This document shows, piece after piece, positions 52,983-60,364 of a stretch of 62,475 bases of DNA. The position numbers were made by a program, and so were the translations under genes. Source of the stretch: a virus; IMG/VR virus record IMGVR_UViG_3300049002_000008, positions 1 through 62,475 of that record. One strand, written 5' to 3'. Position 1 is the stretch's first letter, and each line of letters begins with the position of its first letter. The notes under the pieces are model-generated. The model was not told the origin of the DNA. It was given only the letters and a program-made list of their open reading frames with translations, and did not search any database.

Positions 52983-52986
52983 CCCC

Positions 52987-53802
52987 GTGACCCGCCAAGA
53001 GCGTACTGCCCGCGCAACCCGCAAAGCGGCCGAGCAGGCCGAAACCATCATCGCCGAGGCTACTAGCAAGGCCAGGCGCGGAGACCAGGACAAGCGCTGC
53101 CCGGTGTGCCGCACGGTCGGAGACCTGGCCTGGCTCAAGGCCAACGGGCACGGTAAGCGATGCACCAGCACACCGCGCGTGCTCGCCGAGGCTATCGGTG
53201 CTCAGATCGATGCTAAGCCCCGAGCCAAGGTGACCGCAGGGGCGAGGGTGGTGCGCAAGCCGGACGCGGCCAGTGACCCGCTGGGCGCCCAGTGCCTCGA
53301 GCTACGCGAGCAGGGGCTCAGCTGGATGGCCATCGGCGCGAAGCTGGGGCTACCTGGCGCGAAGAGCGGGGCTGCCGCCGCGCGCAAGCTGTACGCCGCG
53401 CACACTGGCCAGAGCCACCGAGCCGCGCCCGGTCTGCCCAAGGCGCCTCGGGCCAGGCGGCACGCCGCACAGGTGGGCAGCAAGGCCAGCCGTCGCGAGC
53501 GGGTGCAGCTTGGTACCGGGCTCATCTCCGACGACATGCCCGACGAAGCGGTCGTGACCCTGTTGGCGGGCAAGACGATCCAGTGGGCCATCGACCTGAA
53601 GCGACTGGCCGATGGCCGCGGCGAACCCGAGTGGGCGGAGCAGGAGGCAAAGGTGCATCCCACGTACATCCGCATCGAGTTCGGCAAGCTGGAAGAGCGG
53701 TGCGTGCGCTTCCGCGAGCACCTGGGCGAGGACAAGCACGGAAACGTGATCAGCGGCCCTACCCGCACCGTCCGCCTCGCCGCTATCCACACGGTGCGCT
53801 GA
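52987..53802 (+). CDS. DNA-binding protein (271 aa)
   Basis: CPVC motif. HTH-like LREQGLSWMAIGAKLGL. Basic. Confidence 0.5.
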   Translation: MTRQERTARATRKAAEQAETIIAEATSKARRGDQDKRCPVCRTVGDLAWLKANGHGKRCTSTPRVLAEAIGAQIDAKPRAKVTAGARVVRKPDAASDPLGAQCLELREQGLSWMAIGAKLGLPGAKSGAAAARKLYAAHTGQSHRAAPGLPKAPRARRHAAQVGSKASRRERVQLGTGLISDDMPDEAVVTLLAGKTIQWAIDLKRLADGRGEPEWAEQEAKVHPTYIRIEFGKLEERCVRFREHLGEDKHGNVISGPTRTVRLAAIHTVR

Positions 53803-53803
53803 C

Positions 53804-54241
53804 ATGATCACACTTGGCGATTACTCGTGGTTGGCTGGCGTGCTGGACATCAAGGCCCGCTGGAGCAGCGAGCGCACTAGCATCAGCGTGGGCACGCCAT
53901 CCCAGGCCCTCGCCCTCGCAGTAGCCGACCTGCTCGGTGTGGCCGCTGTAGAGAGTCGAGGCGTGGTGGGCGGGTACGACCGCAAGGGCTGCGCTACGCA
54001 CTGCCCCGGCGAGCACGTGCACGTCGAGCAGGCCAGGCCCAGCTACACCGTGCGGGTGACAGGCATTGCGGCGGTCATCGTGGCGGGGACCCTGCACACC
54101 CGCTTGCGGGCTGCGGCGCCCGAGGCGCAGGAGCTGGTTCGGTCCTATCTCGCGGGAACACGGCCCAACAGCGGTATGGTTACCACCGTAGTTGACCGCA
54201 TGGCCCGACTGGGCTGGGACGTACCGGAGTGGGCGCGGTAG
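53804..54241 (+). CDS. LAGLIDADG-like single-motif protein (possible homing endonuclease or DNA-binding relic)
   Basis: N-terminal YSWLAGVLDIKA resembles the LAGLIDADG helix. 145 aa. Confidence 0.3.
   Translation: MITLGDYSWLAGVLDIKARWSSERTSISVGTPSQALALAVADLLGVAAVESRGVVGGYDRKGCATHCPGEHVHVEQARPSYTVRVTGIAAVIVAGTLHTRLRAAAPEAQELVRSYLAGTRPNSGMVTTVVDRMARLGWDVPEWAR
53901..53921 (+). repeat. Polar C-tract/TCGCAG motif, copy 22
   Basis: cccaggccctcgccctcgcag (read as QALALAV). Confidence 0.65.
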
Positions 54242-54366
54242 TGGTCGAGTGGTGGCAGTACACGCGGTGCCCAAGGTGCTTCTGCGCCTGGGCCTGCGTG
54301 TGGCTGCGCGGCCCGCTCAGGTACTGCAAGCGCCCGCACGCAGGGAGGAAGCGCCATGAAGGCTAG
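54241..54366 (+). CDS. Possible Cys-rich micro-protein (41 aa)
   Basis: TAGTG overlap upstream. VVEWWQYTRCPRCFCAWACVWLRGPLRYCKRPH. High GC3. Overlaps the SNF2 start by 11 nt. Confidence 0.35.
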   Translation: MVEWWQYTRCPRCFCAWACVWLRGPLRYCKRPHAGRKRHEG

Positions 54367-56314
54367 GCTGCGCGGCAACCGCATCGTTGTGGAGTTCGTC
54401 AGTGCTCGGGACGAGGCGTCCACGCTGGTGCGTGGTGGGCGTTGGCTGAAGGGCTCGCCGGAGTACAGCTACCCGCTGAGCATTGCCAAGTGCCAGGAGA
54501 TGCGCCGCGCGTGGGGCAAGGACCTGCACGTTGAGCGAGCCCTCGGCGATTGGTACCGCACAGCTACCACAGCTCGCGACCAGCAGGCCGAGAGGGCAGA
54601 GGCTACCGAAGCCACCAGCCTGCCGAACCTAGAGCGCCTAGCGCCCGAGCTGCTGGCCTGGATTGGCCCCGACCAGCGGGCAGCGGCCAGCTGGATCGCA
54701 CACGCTTACGAAGGCGCTGGCATCCTCGCGGACGAGCCGGGTCTCGGCAAGACCTACTCGACGGTAGCTGGCTTGTACGAGCTGAACCCCGTCGGCCCCG
54801 TCCTCATCGTGTGCCCGAAGATCAGCGTGAAGACAGTATGGCAACGGCACCTCTCGGGCGGTCCCTGGCCGGTCTACGCCGCCCGGGGCACGCGCGCCCA
54901 GCGCCAGCAGGTGCTCGACGCCTTCTTCGCTGACCGCGCGTCTACCAAGGTGCTCATCGTAGTGGCCGAGATGCTGCGCGCGCAGGGAACCCTCGATAAG
55001 TTGGGCGGTGGCAAGGGCACCCGCTTCCGGGTCACCGGCTTCGACTATCCCGAGCTGTTCGGCATCACCTGGACGGTGGCGGTACTGGACGAGAGCCAGA
55101 AGCTGCTCGGAGCCCTCACCATCACCAAGGGCAACCTGATGAGCCATGGCCTGCGACACCTGGACGTGGCGCCCGCACCACTGGGCCTGCGCCTGATGGT
55201 GTCGGGAACCCCGTTCGGTCGAGGTGGCGACGTGGAGGGCTTCTTCGGTCACCTGCACTGGGGCTGGCCGAAAGAGTTCACCGCCTTCTGGCGCTGGGCC
55301 GACGAGAACTTCGAAGTGACCGAGGACAGAGTGTTCATCCGGGGCGGCCACGGGGCGACCCAGATCGTGCGCAAGGTGGGCCGGTTGAAGGGCGGCAAGA
55401 GCGAGGAGCAGTTCTTCAAAGACCTAGGGTCGCGCGTGATGCGGCGCACCCTGGAGGAGGTGAGCCCAGCACACCGAGGTCTGCGTGGTTACGAAGAGGT
55501 CGTGTGTGAGATGACCGACAAGCAGCGAGCGCAGTACTCCGCATTCGTGGCAAACGCCGAGGTGGCCGTAGAAGGTGGCATCATCACCGCAATCGGCAGC
55601 CTGGCGGAGATGACCCGGGCTCGCCAGCTCGCCAACGGCGTCCTGCGAAAGGAGGGGGAGGGGAAGGGCTCTGTCCGGTACACCGGTGAGTCCGGAAAGC
55701 TCGATGCCGTGATGCAGCGCCTCGAGGAGATGGGCCTGCGCGGCACCCCGAACCCCAACCGTCGAAAGGTGGTCATCGCCAGCCAGTGGAACGCCTATCT
55801 CGAGGCGCTCTGCCAACGGCTCGACATGGAGGGCACCCCGTACCATCTGATGACCGGTAGTAGCAGTGACGTCGCGCGGGATCGTATGATGGACGAGTTC
55901 CAGGCCGAAGGAGGGCCTCGTCTGTTCATTATGAACGGACGGGCGGGCGGCTTCAGCATCACCTTGGACGCCGCCGACTGGCTGTTCCAGCTGGACGAGA
56001 TGTTCCCACCGGAAGCCAACGAGCAGCTCCACCGGCGCATCTTTCGGCGCAGCCGGGTTCACGAAGCGCGGGTGGTGTACTTCCGCAGCGAAGACAGCAT
56101 CGACGTGAACATCGCCGGGGATGTGGCCGTCACATTGGCCGAGCAGTTGAAGGTGCTCGACGCCCGCCGCGGCCTCAACACCGTGCGCGAGCTGCTCCGT
56201 ACCACCAGCGACGGCCGACGGCCCTACCTGGGCAGTACCAAGGCGCGCAAGTGCCCGCAGTGCGGGGCGCGGCGCAACATGTTCCACGAGCCTGGATGCG
56301 AGGGAGAGAAATGA
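54356..56314 (+). CDS. SNF2-family helicase/translocase
   Basis: Motif I ADEPGLGKT, motif II AVLDESQKL, and C-terminal helicase motifs (GGFSITL, QLHRRIFR). Confidence 0.8.
   Translation: MKARLRGNRIVVEFVSARDEASTLVRGGRWLKGSPEYSYPLSIAKCQEMRRAWGKDLHVERALGDWYRTATTARDQQAERAEATEATSLPNLERLAPELLAWIGPDQRAAASWIAHAYEGAGILADEPGLGKTYSTVAGLYELNPVGPVLIVCPKISVKTVWQRHLSGGPWPVYAARGTRAQRQQVLDAFFADRASTKVLIVVAEMLRAQGTLDKLGGGKGTRFRVTGFDYPELFGITWTVAVLDESQKLLGALTITKGNLMSHGLRHLDVAPAPLGLRLMVSGTPFGRGGDVEGFFGHLHWGWPKEFTAFWRWADENFEVTEDRVFIRGGHGATQIVRKVGRLKGGKSEEQFFKDLGSRVMRRTLEEVSPAHRGLRGYEEVVCEMTDKQRAQYSAFVANAEVAVEGGIITAIGSLAEMTRARQLANGVLRKEGEGKGSVRYTGESGKLDAVMQRLEEMGLRGTPNPNRRKVVIASQWNAYLEALCQRLDMEGTPYHLMTGSSSDVARDRMMDEFQAEGGPRLFIMNGRAGGFSITLDAADWLFQLDEMFPPEANEQLHRRIFRRSRVHEARVVYFRSEDSIDVNIAGDVAVTLAEQLKVLDARRGLNTVRELLRTTSDGRRPYLGSTKARKCPQCGARRNMFHEPGCEGEK
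55642..55668 (-). repeat. Polar motif, inverted (minus-strand) copy A
   Basis: The + strand reads cctgcgaaaggagggggaggggaaggg. Its reverse complement is cccttcccctccccctcctttcgcagg. Confidence 0.65.
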
Positions 56315-56544
56315 CAACCGTAGTAGCTGCGTTCTTCGGCAGCCTGTCCGGCGTAGTGATCGGGGGCGGGCTGATGTGGCTGGTATACCTGCAACCGCGC
56401 CAGAAGCAGGTCGAGAGGGTTCGCCCAGCACCCCGGCCCTCTCCTTCGCAGGGGGCGCCGGAGCCTGGCTTTGTGCCGAGCGACAAGCCCGTGACGGTGG
56501 GCAAGGTGGGTTTCGGGCGCGTGAAGAAGGCCACCAGACTCTGA
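56311..56544 (+). CDS. Small membrane protein (77 aa)
   Basis: ATGA overlap upstream. TM segment VVAAFFGSLSGVVIGGGLMWLVYL. Confidence 0.5.
   Translation: MTTVVAAFFGSLSGVVIGGGLMWLVYLQPRQKQVERVRPAPRPSPSQGAPEPGFVPSDKPVTVGKVGFGRVKKATRL
56431..56452 (+). repeat. Polar C-tract/TCGCAG motif, copy 23
   Basis: ccccggccctctccttcgcagg (read as PRPSPSQG). Confidence 0.75.
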
Positions 56545-56636
56545 CCAGACTGGACTCGCAGTTGCTCACGTGAGCAACCCGTAGTCCGCGTAAGATGGCC
56601 ATTGCGAACACAAACATCAACCAAGGAGATGCCAGC

Positions 56637-57119
56637 ATGGCGAAGAAGGACAAGGCCGCGAAGCCCGCCCCCGAGCCGGAGGTGGAGGAGACCGAGGAGT
56701 CCAGCGGCGGTCGTGGTCCGGGTGAGCTGCACGAGGCGATGGCCGACTGGCTCAACGAGAACTTCGAGGGCGAGCACGACCCGTACACGGTGTACCTGGC
56801 CCAGACGCAGCGTCGGGCCTTCCGGGAGTCCGAGGCGTACGCGGCCATCAAGGCGGCGCAGGAGGAGCGGGCTGCCGAGCGCGAGGCCGCCGCCGCCAAG
56901 CGAGCCGAGGCGCGCGCCGCGAAGGGGGACGACGAGGAGGAGGCCGCCCCGCCGAGGAAGCCCAAGAAGGCGGCGACAGCGGCGGCGGCCGAAGAGGCCG
57001 CACCGGTGGTGAAGGCCAAGAGCAAGAAGTCCAAGACGGCCGCGGCGCCCGCCGCCGAGCCGGAGGCCGCGCCCGCAAAGGGCAAGAAGGGTTCCTCCAA
57101 GCGCGCGGCAGCGTTCTAG
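56637..57119 (+). CDS. Lys/Ala/Pro-rich histone-H1-like tail protein (nucleoid-associated candidate)
   Basis: SD aaggaga precedes ATG 56637. C-terminal PRKPKKAATAAAAEEAAPVVKAKSKKSKTAAAPAA. Confidence 0.4.
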   Translation: MAKKDKAAKPAPEPEVEETEESSGGRGPGELHEAMADWLNENFEGEHDPYTVYLAQTQRRAFRESEAYAAIKAAQEERAAEREAAAAKRAEARAAKGDDEEEAAPPRKPKKAATAAAAEEAAPVVKAKSKKSKTAAAPAAEPEAAPAKGKKGSSKRAAAF

Positions 57120-57159
57120 CGCCGGAGGCCCTGCCCTGGCAGTACGGGTAGGGTCTACG

Positions 57160-57268
57160 GGGGTGGTGGCTCAGCGGATGGAGCGCAGGGCAAGGCCGGG
57201 ATCGGTGAGGTGCATGCAGCCCCCGGCTGAGGACCCTGAGGTCGCAGGTTCGAGTCCTGCCCACCCCA
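57160..57268 (+). tRNA. tRNA-like gene with a 36-nt insertion in the anticodon loop (possible anticodon GAG)
   Basis: Acceptor GGGGTGG/CCACCCC + A73. U8. D arm GCTC-AGCGGATG-GAGC. Anticodon stem CAGGG/CCCTG encloses 43 nt ending CTGAGGA. Variable loop AGGTC. T arm GCAGG-TTCGAGT-CCTGC. Confidence 0.5.
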
Positions 57269-57410
57269 CGGAGGAAGTGCGAGCGGTTGTTGCCATGCCC
57301 GGCTAACCCCGGGGTCATAGCCAGCCAGGCGGTCACCGTAGGTCGCACATGTCGGTAGGGGTTAGGCCGACACAGGGGCACGCCGGAGATGCAGTCTGCG
57401 CAGTTGCTGG

Positions 57411-57445
57411 CCGGTCTAGTGGAGTTCGAGTCTCCCCGTCGCCCA
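57411..57445 (+). ncRNA. Orphan T-arm/acceptor-like element (not foldable as a full tRNA)
   Basis: ggag-TTCGAGT-ctcc followed by ccgtcgccca. No matching 5' acceptor strand or D arm upstream. Confidence 0.25.
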
Positions 57446-57464
57446 CGCAGAAGGAGGATGCGCA

Positions 57465-57659
57465 ATGACGTTCATGTTGCTCGTGTTGCTGGCGCTGGTC
57501 CTGAGCGTCGTGTCGCTGGTGGTGTACCTTATGAGGCTGGGCATTCGTATGCTCACTCTGTGGGCTGCCGTGGTGTTCTATCAGGCGCCAGGCACTAATG
57601 GTGACGTCATCGGATTGGCCGCTAAGATGTTCACCTATGTAGTACGGGGCAAGCGATGA
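57465..57659 (+). CDS. Small membrane protein (64 aa)
   Basis: SD gaaggagga upstream. TM segment FMLLVLLALVLSVVSLVVYL. Confidence 0.5.
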   Translation: MTFMLLVLLALVLSVVSLVVYLMRLGIRMLTLWAAVVFYQAPGTNGDVIGLAAKMFTYVVRGKR

Positions 57660-58813
57660 AGAAGTACACCACGAAGCCGGGCTTGGTCATGATGCGCACC
57701 AGTGAGCGCAGCGACTTCAAGCGGTGCCAGTGGCTGTGGTTCGTGCGCTGGGTGCTCGGTCTGGTCGGCAACCGCGTACCGACGTGGGCCTGGTTCGGCA
57801 CCGCCGTTCACAAGGCTCTCGAGGTGCGTTACCCGGTGGGCCTGAAGCGGGGGCACATGGCCGACGTGCTGGCCGCCTTCGAAGCTGCGGTCGACGGCCA
57901 GGTGGGAAAGATCTACACCGAAGGCCAGGAGGCCGACGAGGAAGAGATCGTCAATGCTACCGAGCTGGGTAAGGCGATGCTCATCGGGTACGCCCAGCGG
58001 TACGGCCGGGACCAGCACTGGCAAGTGATTCACACCGAGCAACCCTTCCAGATTGACGTACGGGACCCGGCCACCGGTAAGCTTCTGCTCGTCTACTGCG
58101 GCACCTTTGACATGGTGGTGTGGGACCGCAGCACCAAGCGCTTCTACGTGGTGGACCACAAGACCCGCAAGACCTTCCCGGCGGTCTGGACCTTCTACGA
58201 CCTGAACGACCAGGCGGGCTCGTATATCTGGGTGGCACCGGAAGTGCTGGAGCACCTGGGCGTGTTCACCAAGAAGGACAGCAAGCGCGTCGAGGGCCTG
58301 GTGTTCAACGCCCTGAAGAAGGCCCTGCCGGACACCCGCCCGAAGAACGCACTGGGCGAGGCCACGAACAAGCCGCAGAAGGCGCACTACATCGAAGCGC
58401 TCAGCAACGAGGGCATCCTAGCTGCGGACGGCAAGCCACTGGCCAAGGCGACCATTCCCCGCCTCGAGGAGCTGGCCGCTGCGGCCAAGCTAGAGGTGGT
58501 TGGAGACGTGAGCGTCATCCAGCCGGGTCCGCTGTTCCATCGGTACACCAGCCGACGAGGCCCCGAGGAGCGCGTCCGGCAGGCTCAGCACGTGCTCAAC
58601 GAAGCCAAGCACATGAACGCTGTGCGCCGCGGCAATCTCCCCATTCTGAAGAACAAGACCGAGGAGTGCGTGCGGTGTCCGCTGTTCGATATGTGCCAGC
58701 TAGACGAGCTGGACCCCTTGCAGGGTCAGGAGTACGCCGAAGCGACGCTGTTCAAGAGAGACCCGTATGCCGACCACCGAGAAGCCATGGCCGTGAACGG
58801 CGTACGGCTGTGA
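57656..58813 (+). CDS. PD-(D/E)xK Cas4/RecB-like exonuclease with a Cys cluster
   Basis: FYVVDHKTRK (D..K core). N-terminal Cys (RCQW) plus C-terminal ECVRCPLFDMC (Cx2Cx5C). Confidence 0.7.
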   Translation: MKKYTTKPGLVMMRTSERSDFKRCQWLWFVRWVLGLVGNRVPTWAWFGTAVHKALEVRYPVGLKRGHMADVLAAFEAAVDGQVGKIYTEGQEADEEEIVNATELGKAMLIGYAQRYGRDQHWQVIHTEQPFQIDVRDPATGKLLLVYCGTFDMVVWDRSTKRFYVVDHKTRKTFPAVWTFYDLNDQAGSYIWVAPEVLEHLGVFTKKDSKRVEGLVFNALKKALPDTRPKNALGEATNKPQKAHYIEALSNEGILAADGKPLAKATIPRLEELAAAAKLEVVGDVSVIQPGPLFHRYTSRRGPEERVRQAQHVLNEAKHMNAVRRGNLPILKNKTEECVRCPLFDMCQLDELDPLQGQEYAEATLFKRDPYADHREAMAVNGVRL

Positions 58814-59019
58814 CTTGGCGCCAGTTCCTGAGCGTCCTGCTGGTCGCGGCAGGGCTGGCGTTGTACGGCCTCAGCGGCACACCAGGCGCTCAGAAGGTAC
58901 CACCGGCCACTCCGGGCGGCTCCTGCCCTTCGCTCGCAGCCGTGGGCGCCTGGGGCGACCGAGCCTACATCTGTCAGACGGACCCCGAGGACATGGTCCT
59001 GCGCTGGCGCCCGCTCTGA
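58810..59019 (+). CDS. Small secreted/membrane protein (69 aa)
   Basis: GTGA overlap upstream. N-terminal TM segment FLSVLLVAAGLALYGL. Confidence 0.45.
   Translation: MTWRQFLSVLLVAAGLALYGLSGTPGAQKVPPATPGGSCPSLAAVGAWGDRAYICQTDPEDMVLRWRPL
58921..58939 (+). repeat. Polar C-tract/TCGCAG motif, copy 24
   Basis: tcctgcccttcgctcgcag (read as CPSLAA). Confidence 0.6.
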
Positions 59020-59091
59020 GCGCATCGGAAAGACCACGTGGTACGCGTGCGCGCTAGGCTTGGTGCTCTGCCAGCACAGAAGGGAACTATC

Positions 59092-59526
59092 GTGGCTCAG
59101 ATGCCTAAACCCACGGAGTTGCAGCTCCGCCAGCACGCCCTCGACCGCGCCGTGACCGATGGCATCGTGCACGCTGTCGGACAGGAGATCATCGACTACC
59201 TGGATCCATCCCAGGGGGTAGACGGTGGCACTCTTTACGCCGAGGCACTAGCCAAGGCGGTGACCAAGGCTGCTGACGTGTTCGTCGAGTACCTGCGCGG
59301 CCCCGCTGAGGAGCCCGCGTTCAAAGTGACCGACACGCTCGAGGCCAACCTGGGTCTCGCCACCACGCGGGAGCTTCTCGAAGAGATCCGTGCTCGTCTG
59401 GACACGATCGGGAAGCAGAGTGTCGGCAATGATCTGGTCGCGTGGTCCACCGACCTTACCGAGGCAGACCTCAACTACCGCACGGCGGACACGGCGGGCG
59501 CGCTGCATCACACCCCGGAAGTCTGA
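59092..59526 (+). CDS. Hypothetical protein; start uncertain (GTG 59092 or ATG 59101; ORF open from 59038)
   Basis: agaaggga lies 6 nt before GTG 59092. Confidence 0.5.
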   Translation: MAQMPKPTELQLRQHALDRAVTDGIVHAVGQEIIDYLDPSQGVDGGTLYAEALAKAVTKAADVFVEYLRGPAEEPAFKVTDTLEANLGLATTRELLEEIRARLDTIGKQSVGNDLVAWSTDLTEADLNYRTADTAGALHHTPEV

Positions 59527-60362
59527 TGGTGGCCTCCCGCCGCCGCTCACCTCGCAGACGCCCGAGCGCTATCGTTGCGCTGCAAGGAGGTGCGCGGCCG
59601 GTCTACCGGAACTGGCTGGTGTACGGCAACCCGGGCGTAGGCAAGACGGTGTTCGCTGGCACCGCACCGAAGGGCCTCATCCTGTCATACGACATCGAGG
59701 GCACCGAGAGCGCCCGCAACATGGGCAGCACCGCCGACGAGTGGCAGGTGGAGACCTGGGTCGAGTACCTCGAGGCCCTGGAGTACTTCCAGGAGGGACC
59801 CGGCTGTACGGAGTACGACTGGGTCATCAGCGACAACATCAGTACCCTCGAGGAGCACGCCTGGGCGTACACGATGGGCGAAGGGCGCAAGCGCAACAAG
59901 AAGCGTCCGGAGTTCAAACGGGCCATCGGCGACTACCCTATCGTGTGGGACATGATGAAGCGGCACGTGTCCGACTTCAACCGGTTGCCCATCCACGTGC
60001 TCTACACCGCGAACACCATGGTCCTCGACAGCTTCGATACCGAGACCGAGGAGGAGCGCAGCCAGCTCATGCCCCTCGTCGGCAGTCCGAAGCGCGGGGA
60101 TACCTCCGCCCGCATCTGTGCCAGCGTCAGCCTCGTAGGGCTGCTTCGTACGGTGCGGGTGCAGACCAAGACCGGCCAGAAGCGCATCCGCCGCCTGTTG
60201 CTGGAGGAGAGCGACTACTGGATCGCCAAGAGCCGGTACCCGGCGATGGGCGAGTACCTCAACCGCCCCAGCGTTGAAGCCATGCAAAAAGTGGCCACCA
60301 CTGGGGTACCCCTAAAACCGGCCAAGCGTTCTAGAAGCGCGGCCAAGACCGAGGAGAAGTAA
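59526..60362 (+). CDS. RecA-fold AAA ATPase (Sak4-like recombination protein candidate)
   Basis: Walker A LVYGNPGVGKTVF. Walker B-like WVISDNIS. Confidence 0.6.
   Translation: MVASRRRSPRRRPSAIVALQGGARPVYRNWLVYGNPGVGKTVFAGTAPKGLILSYDIEGTESARNMGSTADEWQVETWVEYLEALEYFQEGPGCTEYDWVISDNISTLEEHAWAYTMGEGRKRNKKRPEFKRAIGDYPIVWDMMKRHVSDFNRLPIHVLYTANTMVLDSFDTETEEERSQLMPLVGSPKRGDTSARICASVSLVGLLRTVRVQTKTGQKRIRRLLLEESDYWIAKSRYPAMGEYLNRPSVEAMQKVATTGVPLKPAKRSRSAAKTEEK
59533..59557 (+). repeat. Polar C-tract/TCGCAG motif, copy 25
   Basis: cctcccgccgccgctcacctcgcag (read as SRRRSPRR). Confidence 0.7.
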
Positions 60363-60364
60363 CT

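Noticed and set aside
57411-57445. The tRNA 3'-end-like fragment as an attP core for integration into a host tRNA gene.
   Set aside because: I recognised no tyrosine or serine integrase, excisionase or repressor anywhere in the genome, so a lysogeny function is unsupported.
56848-57465. Minus-strand 205-aa ORF covering the tRNA-like region.
   Set aside because: The product is Pro/Arg-rich low complexity, it is antisense to structured RNA features, and there are no translation signals.
120-59557. The polar motif looks like a eukaryotic 3' splice acceptor: a polypyrimidine tract followed by CAG|G.
   Set aside because: There are no matching donor or branch signals. The reading frames continue uninterrupted through every copy. 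The genome is phage-like, so the resemblance is taken as coincidental.
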